DNA of 64,000 nucleotides. Source: Candidatus Cloacimonadales bacterium (GTDB lineage Bacteria; Cloacimonadota; Cloacimonadia; Cloacimonadales; JAIOQZ01). This document shows, in pieces, positions 30,672 to 40,569 of the stretch. The first letter of the stretch is position 1; every line of letters starts with the position of its first letter. The stretch is taken from the NCBI GenBank assembly GCA_963662655.2, contig CAXXTU010000001.1, positions 72,083 through 136,082 on the forward strand, given 5' to 3'. The translations under genes and the position numbers were made by a program. Under the pieces are notes generated by a model. It searched no databases. It was not told the DNA's origin and saw only the letters and a program-made list of their open reading frames with translations.

Positions 30672-32771
30672 ATGCAGCGCAAAGATTTTCTTTTCGAAAT
30701 CGGGGTGGAAGAAATACCGGCCGGTTTCATCGACAAAGCCATGAAAAAGCTGGAATCCTGGTTCAAGGATCAGCTCAAACAAAATATACTCTCCTATGAA
30801 TCGATGTCTCTTTTCAGCACACCAAGACGGTTCGCGATCATGATCGAGCAACTTCAGACGATGCAAGAGGATGAAGTGCTGGAGAAGATCGGCCCGGCCG
30901 AAAGGATCGCCAAAGACGCCGAAGGAAACCTTTCCAAGGCGGGACAGGGCTTCCTGAGGGGCGCCGGCGCAACGGAAGACGACATCTTCATCAAAGAAAC
31001 CGACAAAGGCAACTACATCGCGGTCCGTATCGAGAAGAAGGGGCGTCCGGCGATGGAAATCCTGCAAGAGATTTGCTCCGGCGTTCTTCGCGACTTCAAT
31101 TTTCCGAAATCGATGCGCTGGAACAACCGCGATTTCTCCTTTGCGAGGCCGGTCCGCTGGCTTCTTGCGCTCCTTGGCGATGAACTGGTCCCCGTTCGCG
31201 GAGCGGGACTCGAGAGCGAGCGCTTCACATGGGGAAATCGCTGGCAGAAGCTTGAAAACAGGATCGAGATCAAATCGCCTCAGGAATACGTCGAGAAGCT
31301 GGAAGCCACATGGGTGATCCCCCAGCGGGAAAAACGCCTCACGATCATCCGCGAACAGCTCGAAAACCTCTCTTCCGACCAAAATCTGCGAGTCATCATG
31401 GACGAACGACTCATCGAGATCGTCACCGACCTGGTGGAACACCCTACCGTGGTGATAGCGGAATTCGACGAGCGCTTCCTGCGTCTCCCTGCGAAGATCA
31501 TCACGTCCACACTATCGGAGCATCAGAAGTGCTTCGCGGCGGAGGACGCCGAAGGCAACCTGGTCAACAAATTCATCTTTATCTCCAACGGCGATCCCGA
31601 GTATTCCAATCTGATCAAGCTCGGTAACGAGAAGGTGATCCGTCCGCGCCTCAACGACGCCGAGTTCTACTACAACGAAGACACCGCGCAGCCGTTGGAG
31701 AGCTTCGTGCAGAAGCTCGAAGAGGTAACGTTCCAGGCGAAGCTCGGTAACTTGAAAGAGAAAACCGAGCGCATTCGCAACCTCTGCAATACCATGAGTG
31801 CGAAACTATCCATAGAAAGTAAAACGACCCAAGACGCGGACCGCGCAGCGCTGCTTTGCAAGGCCGACCTGGTTACAACCATGCTGGGCGAGAAGGAATT
31901 CACCAAGCTGCAAGGTTACATTGGTGGAAAATACGCCCTCGCTTCCGGCGAATCGCCCGAAGTGGCGATCGCAATCGAAGAACATTATCTCCCGCGCGGC
32001 CAGAACGACGACCTTCCTACAACGATCGAAGGCGCGCTTGTCGCGGTGGCGGACAAGATGGACACCGTATGCGGAATCATCGGCGTCGACATGATCCCTA
32101 CCGGATCGAACGATCCTTTCGCGCTTCGCAGGGCAGCCAACGGCATCGTCCAGATCATCGACCGGTTCAGCTTTGAATTCAGCATCCTCGATCTGATCGA
32201 CAGGAGCTTCGAATTGCTCGCCGGGAAACTCTCCGAGCCCAACCACAACATGAAAATCGTGCGGGAGTTCTTCCGTCAGCGCGTTGACTGGCTTCTTCAG
32301 CAGAAGAATATCGATTACGACGTCATCGCCAGCGTGATGCACATCGACTACAGCAACATCCCCGATCTGGTTCACCGGGCACAGGCTTTGCAGAAATTCA
32401 AGACGCGCGACGACTTCGTTCATCTGGTGCTTGGCTTCAAGCGCGTATCCAACATAATCGAAGAAGCTGGCGACTTGAAAGACGTGGACACCGCCCTTCT
32501 CGCAGAACCAGCCGAAAAAGCCCTTTACGATGGCTACTTGGCACTCGAGAAGCGGATTAGCGAGCTGCTCCCCGCCAAAGACTATCTCACCTGCCTGGAA
32601 GGACTCGTCGAGTTCGGCGCAGCCATCGACAAGTTCTTTGACGACGTGCTGGTGAACACCGAAGACATACCAACAAGAAAAAACCGATACAGCCTGTTAG
32701 CCGGCATCAGGAAGCTCTTCCTGCGCATTGCCGACATCGCTAAAATCGTTGTGGAAGGAGATCAATCATGA
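30672..32771 (+). CDS. glyS: Glycine-tRNA ligase beta subunit
   Basis: 'FLFEIGVEEIPA', 'TPRR', 'FPKSMRW', 'RPVRW', 'KADLVT', 'EFTKLQG', 'PTGSNDPFALRR'. Confidence 0.97.
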   Translation: MQRKDFLFEIGVEEIPAGFIDKAMKKLESWFKDQLKQNILSYESMSLFSTPRRFAIMIEQLQTMQEDEVLEKIGPAERIAKDAEGNLSKAGQGFLRGAGATEDDIFIKETDKGNYIAVRIEKKGRPAMEILQEICSGVLRDFNFPKSMRWNNRDFSFARPVRWLLALLGDELVPVRGAGLESERFTWGNRWQKLENRIEIKSPQEYVEKLEATWVIPQREKRLTIIREQLENLSSDQNLRVIMDERLIEIVTDLVEHPTVVIAEFDERFLRLPAKIITSTLSEHQKCFAAEDAEGNLVNKFIFISNGDPEYSNLIKLGNEKVIRPRLNDAEFYYNEDTAQPLESFVQKLEEVTFQAKLGNLKEKTERIRNLCNTMSAKLSIESKTTQDADRAALLCKADLVTTMLGEKEFTKLQGYIGGKYALASGESPEVAIAIEEHYLPRGQNDDLPTTIEGALVAVADKMDTVCGIIGVDMIPTGSNDPFALRRAANGIVQIIDRFSFEFSILDLIDRSFELLAGKLSEPNHNMKIVREFFRQRVDWLLQQKNIDYDVIASVMHIDYSNIPDLVHRAQALQKFKTRDDFVHLVLGFKRVSNIIEEAGDLKDVDTALLAEPAEKALYDGYLALEKRISELLPAKDYLTCLEGLVEFGAAIDKFFDDVLVNTEDIPTRKNRYSLLAGIRKLFLRIADIAKIVVEGDQS

Positions 32772-33757
32772 ACATTATTGAAACCCTGAGAAACAAGGCG
32801 AAGCAGAACCTTCGTACCGTCGTTCTGCCCGAAGCATTTGATGACCGTACACTCCAGGCTTGCGCCGACATCCAGCGTATGGGGTTCGCAAAGCCGATCC
32901 TGCTGGGAAACCCCGAAACCGTTAAAGCGCAAGCCGATAAGCTTGGCGTTGACCTCGGCAATGCGAAGATCGTCGATCCAGAGAACTTCGAGAAGAACGC
33001 TGAGTTCGCGGAATACCTCTACGAAAAACGCAAAAAACGCGGGATGACGCCGGAAGTCGCAGCCGAAACCGTGAAAAACGCCCTCTTCTCGGGCGCGCTG
33101 ATGGTTAAATTTGGCGTTGCAGATTGCATGGTTGCCGGTGCAGCCAACACAACCGCAGACGTCCTCCGCGCCGCGTTGCAGGTGGTAGGCGTAGCGCAGG
33201 GACTCAAGACCGTCTCCAGCGCTTTCATCATGGTCGTGCCGGACTACATGGGCGAAGACCGCATCTATCTTTTCTCCGACTGCGCTGTGGTTCCCAATCC
33301 CGATTCGGCCCAGCTCGCGGATATCGCGATGAGCACCGCGACAACCTACAAGAAACTCATCGGCAACGACCCGAGAGTCGCGCTACTTTCCTTCGCGACA
33401 AAGGGCAGCGCTCAGCACGAACTCGTCGACAAGGTACTTGAAGCCCGTGGAATCCTCGGCGAACGACAGGTCGATTTCGAATATGACGGAGAGCTCCAGC
33501 TCGACGCGGCCGTCGTACCGAAGATTGCTGAGAAGAAAGCTCCCGGCAGCAAAGTCGCAGGACACGCCAACGTGCTGATATTCCCCGACCTCCAGGCCGG
33601 AAACATCGGCTACAAGCTCGTACAGCGCTTTGCAAAAGCCGAAGCCATCGGTCCCGTTATCCAGGGTCTCGCAGCGCCAATCTGCGACCTCTCGCGCGGG
33701 TGCTCGGCGGAAGATATCGTCAACACATCCGTGCTGGCGTCCCTCATGTCGATCTAA
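32768..33757 (+). CDS. pta: Phosphate acetyltransferase
   Basis: 'VVLPE', 'DCAVVPNP', 'SFATKGSA', 'DGELQLDAA', 'FPDLQAGNIGYK', 'DLSRGCS'. Confidence 0.95.
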   Translation: MNIIETLRNKAKQNLRTVVLPEAFDDRTLQACADIQRMGFAKPILLGNPETVKAQADKLGVDLGNAKIVDPENFEKNAEFAEYLYEKRKKRGMTPEVAAETVKNALFSGALMVKFGVADCMVAGAANTTADVLRAALQVVGVAQGLKTVSSAFIMVVPDYMGEDRIYLFSDCAVVPNPDSAQLADIAMSTATTYKKLIGNDPRVALLSFATKGSAQHELVDKVLEARGILGERQVDFEYDGELQLDAAVVPKIAEKKAPGSKVAGHANVLIFPDLQAGNIGYKLVQRFAKAEAIGPVIQGLAAPICDLSRGCSAEDIVNTSVLASLMSI

Positions 33758-33774
33758 TCATACCTTAGATACAG

Positions 33775-33805
33775 AAACGGGAACAGGTCTCCTGTTCCCG
33801 TTTTT
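33775..33805 (+). terminator. Rho-independent terminator
   Basis: AAACGGGAACAGG-TCT-CCTGTTCCCGTTTTT after the pta stop. Confidence 0.85.
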
Positions 33806-33841
33806 CTATGCAATGTCAAACATCTGCAATTACCACCGCGA

Positions 33842-33967
33842 GGCGCGAGCAGGTTCGTTCGATCCGCTCTTCAGCGTGGTGTTTCACAGCGGAGTTTCAA
33901 TATCAACTTCCTTTCGGAGCTGTGGTATATCCACGTTGAAGAGCGGATCGGGCGAAGATGCCGCGCC
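33842..33967 (+). repeat. Family H long-hairpin element, copy H1
   Basis: GCAGGTTCGTTCGATCCGCTCTTCA...TGAAGAGCGGATCGGGCGAAGATGC; near-identical to 38945-39072. Confidence 0.9.
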
Positions 33968-34004
33968 GGAAAGCAAGTCACAAAAACCCTACTTCTCCCA
34001 AAGC

Positions 34005-36191
34005 CTATTTCAGCAGCATCATCTTCCTGACGATGCTCTTTTCTCCTGATACCAGACGATAGAAATATACGCCCGATGCGGCCGATTTACCTATATCGTC
34101 TCGCCCATTCCACACAACTTCGTGTTCTCCGGCCTGGAAATCGGGATAAGACATCACCTTCTGCCCTTTCAGATTATAAATGGTAAGATTTCCTACCTCT
34201 CCCCCGGCCACGCTGAAAGAAATGGTTGTGCTCGGATTGAACGGATTGGGGTAATTAGCATGAAGCGCTGTTACCGATTGAACCACCGGAATAACATCCT
34301 CATCTTCAACCGGTGAAACATTCTGCCAGGCCAAGTAGGGGTACCCGTTGTTGAAGTCGCTCAACATCGACCAATAATCCGCATTACCGTTCCCGGTTTC
34401 GTTGACAAAATCCCATCCTGCATCGAGATAGGTGGATAACGTCTGCATTTCTTCCGTCGTGAGGCCCGTTCCGCCAGCGCTCTCGGATTGTCCGGAGCTC
34501 TCGATATTCCAGAATGAATTATATATTCCGGCTTCGTTCACACTTCCGGCAAATCCGCCGACATCCTCGATACCGGATACACTTCCGACGCTATAGCATT
34601 TCGATATGGATGATTCCATTCCCAGATGCCCGACAAAACCACCGCATATCCGATCTCCGTTTACCACCGATTCGCTGTATGAATTGCTGATGGAAGCCAT
34701 AAAAGCTCTTCCGGTGAAGCCGCCGACGTATTCCTCACCCTCAACAAATCCGTCGCTGATACAATTATCCGTTGTCGAATAGCTACTATAACCCGCAAAA
34801 CCGCCAACATACTCCGTTCCGGAAACTGTTCCGCCCCATTTACAGAAACGCACGATAGAACCTGAATCTTGAAGCCCAATGAATCCACCGACCTTGCTTT
34901 CTCCCTGAACATCGCTATAACTATCGCAATGAACAACCGTTCCAACTCTATCAATCTTGCCGATAAAACCGCCAACATCAGTTGCGCCTCTCACATTTCC
35001 CGAACTCCAGCAATCCGTGACGATATACCCCCCGCAAGATCCAATAAACCCACCGACCATGTATCCACCAGCTACATCACCCGTGGCATAACAATCCCTA
35101 ACGACATATGTCTCTTCATCACAGGACAAAAGCCCCACAAAAGCTCCAACTGCTCTAATCGTACAATCGCCTGTTTCATCGTCAATATCACCAGTACTGT
35201 GGCAATTCTCAATTGTTGAGCGCTCAACAATTCCTGCGAAACCTCCAATACTAGCTTGATACCCGAACGAAAAACCTACAGAACAGATAAGATTACCTTC
35301 GCTGTAGCAGTCAGAGATATCGCTGGAACAAATCCTCCCAATGAAACCACCCACACTTCCAGATTGCCTCACAGCCAGAGGTATTGACATTGAAGAATAA
35401 CATCCAATCACTTCACTACTACCACACTGCCCGATAAAACCTCCAACACAAGAAAGGTAATCTGTATAATCGAATATTCCTGTACAGTAACAATTCTGGA
35501 TTAAACTCGAGTATACCCAGGCGATCAAACCACCTGCGTATATAAATGCTCGATCCGGTCGAGATAAACCACCGGCAAGTAAACCATCCGTCCAGCAATC
35601 CAAGATCGTCGAGTTCGCACATCTCCCAATTAACCCACCGACTTTGAAATCACTGTACATCTCACAACTGCTATGGCACCCGGAGATAACGCTTCCTGCA
35701 GAGCACTCGCCAATCAGACCACCGGTAAATAATTGAGCCGACTGGCATATCCTGCCGCTGGTATTGCAGTTAATAACCTGAGAACTATCACACAGGCATA
35801 TCATTCCGCCGATTATTTCATCCGCATCGATCATCAAGTTTGTCATGCCAAGGTTACGTATCTCCGCCTCGGATATCGTGCCGAACAATCCATTGCAATG
35901 CAGGCTGTCAATGACGTACCCCATCCCGTTATAAACACCCGTGAAAGCGTTATATCCGGGCAAATTCGCAATGCGAACAAAGGGATCATCAATTGTTTCA
36001 GAGGCATTGATATCGCAAGTTTGAATGAAGCGCTTCGTCCAGCTCAGGCCCGTAACGCTCATCCACCGCAGATTGGCGAGAGACTCTATTTGATAGGGAT
36101 TTTCAGATGTACCGTCACCTTCCGGTTGGGTAATTTCAGCAAAGGCACTCACAGCAATCATTAGAATAAAAAGTACGACACCAGTTTTCAC
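34005..36191 (-). CDS. GLUG-repeat secreted/surface protein with FlgD-Ig/T9SS-like C-terminal domain
   Basis: Signal peptide, 'GDGTSENPYQI', many 'VGGFxG...C(Y/W)SxGxV' repeats, 'NYPNPFNPSTTISF...RKMMLLK'. Confidence 0.85.
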   Translation of the reverse strand: MKTGVVLFILMIAVSAFAEITQPEGDGTSENPYQIESLANLRWMSVTGLSWTKRFIQTCDINASETIDDPFVRIANLPGYNAFTGVYNGMGYVIDSLHCNGLFGTISEAEIRNLGMTNLMIDADEIIGGMICLCDSSQVINCNTSGRICQSAQLFTGGLIGECSAGSVISGCHSSCEMYSDFKVGGLIGRCANSTILDCWTDGLLAGGLSRPDRAFIYAGGLIAWVYSSLIQNCYCTGIFDYTDYLSCVGGFIGQCGSSEVIGCYSSMSIPLAVRQSGSVGGFIGRICSSDISDCYSEGNLICSVGFSFGYQASIGGFAGIVERSTIENCHSTGDIDDETGDCTIRAVGAFVGLLSCDEETYVVRDCYATGDVAGGYMVGGFIGSCGGYIVTDCWSSGNVRGATDVGGFIGKIDRVGTVVHCDSYSDVQGESKVGGFIGLQDSGSIVRFCKWGGTVSGTEYVGGFAGYSSYSTTDNCISDGFVEGEEYVGGFTGRAFMASISNSYSESVVNGDRICGGFVGHLGMESSISKCYSVGSVSGIEDVGGFAGSVNEAGIYNSFWNIESSGQSESAGGTGLTTEEMQTLSTYLDAGWDFVNETGNGNADYWSMLSDFNNGYPYLAWQNVSPVEDEDVIPVVQSVTALHANYPNPFNPSTTISFSVAGGEVGNLTIYNLKGQKVMSYPDFQAGEHEVVWNGRDDIGKSAASGVYFYRLVSGEKSIVRKMMLLK

Positions 36192-36216
36192 TTCTACCTC
36201 CCAGAGTTGAATCAGA

Positions 36217-38859
36217 TCACTTCAGCAACATGATTTTTCGAACCAGGTTTTGCTTTTCTCCTTGCAAGCGACACAAATAGACACCCGATGCTACGGATTT
36301 TCCCACATCGTCTAGCCCATTCCACACGATATCGTGTTCTCCGGAGTGGAATACGGAGAAATCCTTCACCTTCTGCCCCTTAAGATTATAGATGGCAAGA
36401 CAGCCCGTCTCGCCATTGGCTACGCTGAAAGAAATGGTTGTGCTCGGGTTGAACGGATTGGGGTAATTGCCGCGCAAGGAAGTCGAGGACACCTTCAGCG
36501 CTATCCCTGGATCTTCCGCATCGAGGTATCCCTGCCAGCTAAGGAACGGATACCCGAAATTCACATTCGGGTTGAGTCCCCAGACATCGTCCAGCCCATT
36601 CACGCTTTCCCCCATGAAATCCCATCCCGCAGCGATAAACGTATCCTGCACCATCATCTCGTGCGATGGCAATCCGGTCGCTCCGGCATCTTCACTCTGC
36701 CCGGAGGTTTCAATGTCCCAGAATGAATGGCTGATGGTCATCTCGTCCGCGCTTCCCGCGAATCCCCCGACTTGATCCTCGCCTGACACTTCCCCGATCG
36801 AATAGCATCGCGTGATCGCACACTCTCCAGCCACGGAACCGAGGAATCCGCCCACGTTGCTCTTCCCGATAACGCTCCCCTGAGAATAACAGTCGAGCAC
36901 GTACGAATCTTCATTTACCCTGCCGAGAAATCCCCCGACATAGTCGCTGGCCGCAACTTGCCCATCGATGTAGCATTGTTCGATAACTGATGATGAAACC
37001 TTGCCGATCATGATTCCCGCATTTTGCTGGGCCTCTACAGCGCCATCCATCATGCATTCACGCACGATGGTTTCGTATTGCGACGAACCGGCGAGAATCC
37101 CGACGTTCTCTCGTCCCGTAACGGAAGCTGAAACAATGCGGATGTTTTCTACCACTGCATGATCGAGCCTTGCGAAAAAGCCCTGGTAATCGGATTCAGG
37201 ACGGTTGATAGTCAAATTGCTTAGCTGATACCCATTTCCGTCGTAGGATCCTCCGAATCGAATGTGTTCGTTACCAATCGGACTGAACCCTGTGTCGTTC
37301 AACCAGATGGATGCCTCGGATAGATCAATGTTATCCGTTTGCACAATATGCGACATCCACGCGCCTTCATTCACGCTCAGCCAGTACAGCTCATAGAGAT
37401 CGCCGACAAGGAACGGCTCGTCCTCCGTCCCATCTCCCAGTGGTCGCACGGGAGGCTGGTGTTCGTATTCTTCGTAATACTTGGAGAATGGATAGCCGTT
37501 ACTCACGGCAGGATTGATTTTCCAACGATATGATCCTGAATCACTCTGAAAGAGCCATTCGAATGCCTGATAGGTTGCCGGATTCCTCATCTCGCAGGTC
37601 GTACGGGCATTTCCACCCGCGCTTGTGGATTGTCCCGATGCCTGCGCATCGTAAAATGTCTTCATTGTATAGCAATCGTTTTCTCTTTCGGCAGTTATCC
37701 CGCCCGTTACACCCAGTCCCGATACTCTTCCCGCGTTGTAACAGCGCTCGATCCGGCTACCAAAGAAATTCCTTCCGGATATTCCACCAATGTAGTTTTC
37801 GCCTTCCACACTACCAAGATTGTAACTATAGAAGCAATCGGTTTCAAACGTGAGAACACCGGAGATTCCGCCAACGTCGATCGTTCCGATTACACGTCCA
37901 TGGTTGTTACAATAATAAACCACACCTGCGGTACTGTTTCCGAAAATTCCTCCGGTTTCCACTTCTCCAAGCACTTCTCCATGATTTGAGCATAGGTACA
38001 TGTCATCATTGTTGCTGAAACCGACTACTCCACCGACTTTCTCAAGACCCCTAACAACCCCTGAATTGTCTATGTAACCGAACATACATACATGAGAATA
38101 GCCAGCAACTCCACCCACAAGCGTATTTCCTGTCACATTTCCTTCGTTGTTGCAATAAAAAGTACTGCCGCTATTATAATATGATTCTCCGATCAACCCT
38201 CCGACTGATTGATTACCTGAAACCCAGCAATAATTAATCGAGGATTGCATATTAAAACCATACGCAAAGCCAATCATTCCACCAACCCGACAATCTCCGG
38301 CTATTTCACCCTCACTTGTACAATACAAAATAGATGTATAACGCATCTCTCCTACAAGTCCACCGACACTGCTATTGCCAGTAACCTCTCCCGCTAGAGT
38401 ACATGATTCGATGTAAGAATCTTGGCAGAATCCAATCATTCCCCCGACACAGCTATCGCCACGTACCGTGAAATCTACCAGATTCAGGCTATCGATTATC
38501 GCTTCCACCGCCACACCGAAAAGACCCTGATGTGTTGAATCGGGACGATCGATCACCAGGTTCATGATGGAATGCAGGTTGCCTTTGTAAACGCCGGTAA
38601 ATGCCATATCTTCACTGCAACCTATCGGTGAAAAGCCAGCGCCGTCGTTCCAATTCTCCGTATCGGAAGCATCGATGTCCGCAACCTGACTGAAATGCGA
38701 CGACCAACAGCTATCGGTCGTGCTTACCCACAAGAGATTGTCCAGCGTTTCAATCTGATAAGGATCCGCCTCCGTTCCCAGACCATCGGGGTGTGCCCCA
38801 TCCGAATATACATACACACAAAGCGCTACCATAAGCATAAACAATATCAATCGGCGCAC
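36217..38859 (-). CDS. GLUG-repeat secreted/surface protein with two modules and FlgD-Ig/T9SS-like C-terminal domain
   Basis: Start placed at GTG 38859 after GGGAGG. Two 'GxGTExxP' module starts, GLUG repeats, 'NYPNPFNPSTTISF...RKIMLLK'. Confidence 0.85.
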   Translation of the reverse strand: MRRLILFMLMVALCVYVYSDGAHPDGLGTEADPYQIETLDNLLWVSTTDSCWSSHFSQVADIDASDTENWNDGAGFSPIGCSEDMAFTGVYKGNLHSIMNLVIDRPDSTHQGLFGVAVEAIIDSLNLVDFTVRGDSCVGGMIGFCQDSYIESCTLAGEVTGNSSVGGLVGEMRYTSILYCTSEGEIAGDCRVGGMIGFAYGFNMQSSINYCWVSGNQSVGGLIGESYYNSGSTFYCNNEGNVTGNTLVGGVAGYSHVCMFGYIDNSGVVRGLEKVGGVVGFSNNDDMYLCSNHGEVLGEVETGGIFGNSTAGVVYYCNNHGRVIGTIDVGGISGVLTFETDCFYSYNLGSVEGENYIGGISGRNFFGSRIERCYNAGRVSGLGVTGGITAERENDCYTMKTFYDAQASGQSTSAGGNARTTCEMRNPATYQAFEWLFQSDSGSYRWKINPAVSNGYPFSKYYEEYEHQPPVRPLGDGTEDEPFLVGDLYELYWLSVNEGAWMSHIVQTDNIDLSEASIWLNDTGFSPIGNEHIRFGGSYDGNGYQLSNLTINRPESDYQGFFARLDHAVVENIRIVSASVTGRENVGILAGSSQYETIVRECMMDGAVEAQQNAGIMIGKVSSSVIEQCYIDGQVAASDYVGGFLGRVNEDSYVLDCYSQGSVIGKSNVGGFLGSVAGECAITRCYSIGEVSGEDQVGGFAGSADEMTISHSFWDIETSGQSEDAGATGLPSHEMMVQDTFIAAGWDFMGESVNGLDDVWGLNPNVNFGYPFLSWQGYLDAEDPGIALKVSSTSLRGNYPNPFNPSTTISFSVANGETGCLAIYNLKGQKVKDFSVFHSGEHDIVWNGLDDVGKSVASGVYLCRLQGEKQNLVRKIMLLK

Positions 38860-38944
38860 AATTCCTCCCTTACCAGTTGATCCGGCTACCGTTACGAACA
38901 ATGATTACCCGATTGTAACTTGTCTTGTCAAGTAATTAAGCAGA

Positions 38945-39072
38945 GGCGGGAGCAGGTTCGTTTGATCCGCTCTTCAGCGTGGTGTTTCACAGCGGAGATT
39001 TTTATCATCAATCTCCTTTCGGAGCTGTGGTATATCCACGGTGAAGAGCGGATCGGGCGAAGATGCCACGCC
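38945..39072 (+). repeat. Family H long-hairpin element, copy H2
   Basis: Direct repeat of H1, differing mainly in the apical loop and a few stem positions. Confidence 0.9.
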
Positions 39073-39100
39073 GGTCGGACATTGCCCGGCTTACCCGGAC

Positions 39101-39127
39101 AAAAAAAAGCCCGTCGAAACGGGCTTT
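39101..39127 (-). terminator. Rho-independent terminator
   Basis: AAAAAAAAGCCCGT-CGAA-ACGGGCTTT; the T8 run falls on the minus strand after the lipoprotein gene. Confidence 0.8.
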
Positions 39128-39150
39128 GAAAAATCTCGCATTGCTTGCGG

Positions 39151-39774
39151 TTAAAAATCGTCTGTGTTCATCTGATCCATTTTCTGAAGCGCGCGATCGA
39201 TCATCTCTTGCTCTTTCTGATCCTGAAGCTTCGCCTTCTCCTGATTGAGGATATTCTCCATCAATTGTTTCGGATATTCCTTCGGAACCATGTAACGGCA
39301 GTAGGCGATATAATAGTAATCGAACTTCCCGTCCGATTTCTTCTTCCATTTCTGCACATAGTATTCCTGAGGCTCTCCCACCGAGATTCCCGACGCTTGA
39401 ATCCTACTCATCTCATCGCGTACTACGGCCGGTGCTAGAATGTTGTTCCCCATATCTACAGAAGAAACCACTTCATCGATTTTACTCTTCACATATACGC
39501 CCAACGCTTCGACCGCCTGACGATAAGCGTCCCTACGTGCATCGGATCGGGCGTCCTGTTCCATGCTGTGCTGACGTGACACGCCGATGAAAGCTTTTTC
39601 CTCATCGGTGGAAGCTTTTTCCGGTGTCTGTGCCCAGGAGGGCATCGATCCACCCTCGACCTGTATCGCCTCCCCTTCGGCCATTTCTTTATTGCCTGCG
39701 CATCCCCAAAATGCTGTGAATGCGATGAATAGCGCCATCCAAGCAAGCCACGTAATACGTGCGGATAACTTCAT
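39151..39774 (-). CDS. Lipoprotein (LPP20-like)
   Basis: Lipobox-like 'FWGC'; 'PSW', 'FIGVS', 'ARSDARRDA' pattern. Confidence 0.65.
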   Translation of the reverse strand: MKLSARITWLAWMALFIAFTAFWGCAGNKEMAEGEAIQVEGGSMPSWAQTPEKASTDEEKAFIGVSRQHSMEQDARSDARRDAYRQAVEALGVYVKSKIDEVVSSVDMGNNILAPAVVRDEMSRIQASGISVGEPQEYYVQKWKKKSDGKFDYYYIAYCRYMVPKEYPKQLMENILNQEKAKLQDQKEQEMIDRALQKMDQMNTDDF

Positions 39775-39843
39775 GATTCCTCCTGTTATCGTTTCGTGAT
39801 TCTGTTTCTCAATGTACTCTTTTGCAAACGTTATGCCAAATTC

Positions 39844-40569
39844 TTACTTACCGGCATACATTGCTTGCGCTTTCTCCAAATCTTCAGGCGTATCGATTCC
39901 GATTCCACGATACTCCGAACACACGGTCCGAATGGCAATACCGTTCTCCAGCAGTCTAAGTTGCTCCAGGCTTTCGGCCAGTTCCAGTTTACCCGGCGAC
40001 AGTGAGACAAATTCAAGGAGCGCTTCCTTCCGGTAGGCATAAACGCCGATGTGCCGATAGTAGTCGGGAACATAGTCCCGCGCCCGATTGGGAATTGCAC
40101 TCCTGGAGAAATAAATCGCGTCGCCATTGGAAGCCGCGACAACCTTCACGACATTGGGATTATGCAGATCGTCCAAATTCTCCAGCTTGTGAATGAGCGT
40201 TCCCACCTTTACAGAGCCATCCTCAAAAGCCGCAAGCAGCTTCTTCAGCGGCTTCCTTGATATGAACGGCTCATCGCCCTGAACGTTGAATACCACATCG
40301 CAATCGATATCTCTCACCACCTCGGCAATTCGGTCGGTCCCACTACGATGCTCCGCTGAGGTCAATGCCGCTTTACCCCCGGATTTCACAACCGTATCGA
40401 AAATTCTTTGGTCGTCCGTCGCGACAATGACATCCGAAAACAGCTCGGTATCAACAACAGCCTGATACACTCGGATAATCATTGGAAGACCGCCAAGCAG
40501 TTCAAGGGGCTTTCCCGGAAATCGGCTTGAATCATATCGGGCAGGAATTACTGCTAATGTTCGAATCAT
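39844..40569 (-). CDS. kdsB: 3-deoxy-manno-octulosonate cytidylyltransferase
   Basis: 'IPARYDSSRFPGKPL', 'SGTDRIAE', 'NVQGDEP', 'YFSRS', 'HIGVYAY', 'LEQLR', 'IDTPEDL'. Confidence 0.97.
   Translation of the reverse strand: MIRTLAVIPARYDSSRFPGKPLELLGGLPMIIRVYQAVVDTELFSDVIVATDDQRIFDTVVKSGGKAALTSAEHRSGTDRIAEVVRDIDCDVVFNVQGDEPFISRKPLKKLLAAFEDGSVKVGTLIHKLENLDDLHNPNVVKVVAASNGDAIYFSRSAIPNRARDYVPDYYRHIGVYAYRKEALLEFVSLSPGKLELAESLEQLRLLENGIAIRTVCSEYRGIGIDTPEDLEKAQAMYAGK

Noticed and set aside
30672..32771. glyS without an adjacent glyQ
   Set aside because: Split glyQ/glyS loci are common; glyQ is presumably elsewhere in the genome.
34005..38859. Diversity-generating retroelement acting on the surface proteins
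   Set aside because: No reverse transcriptase, and I saw no template/variable repeat pair differing only at adenines.
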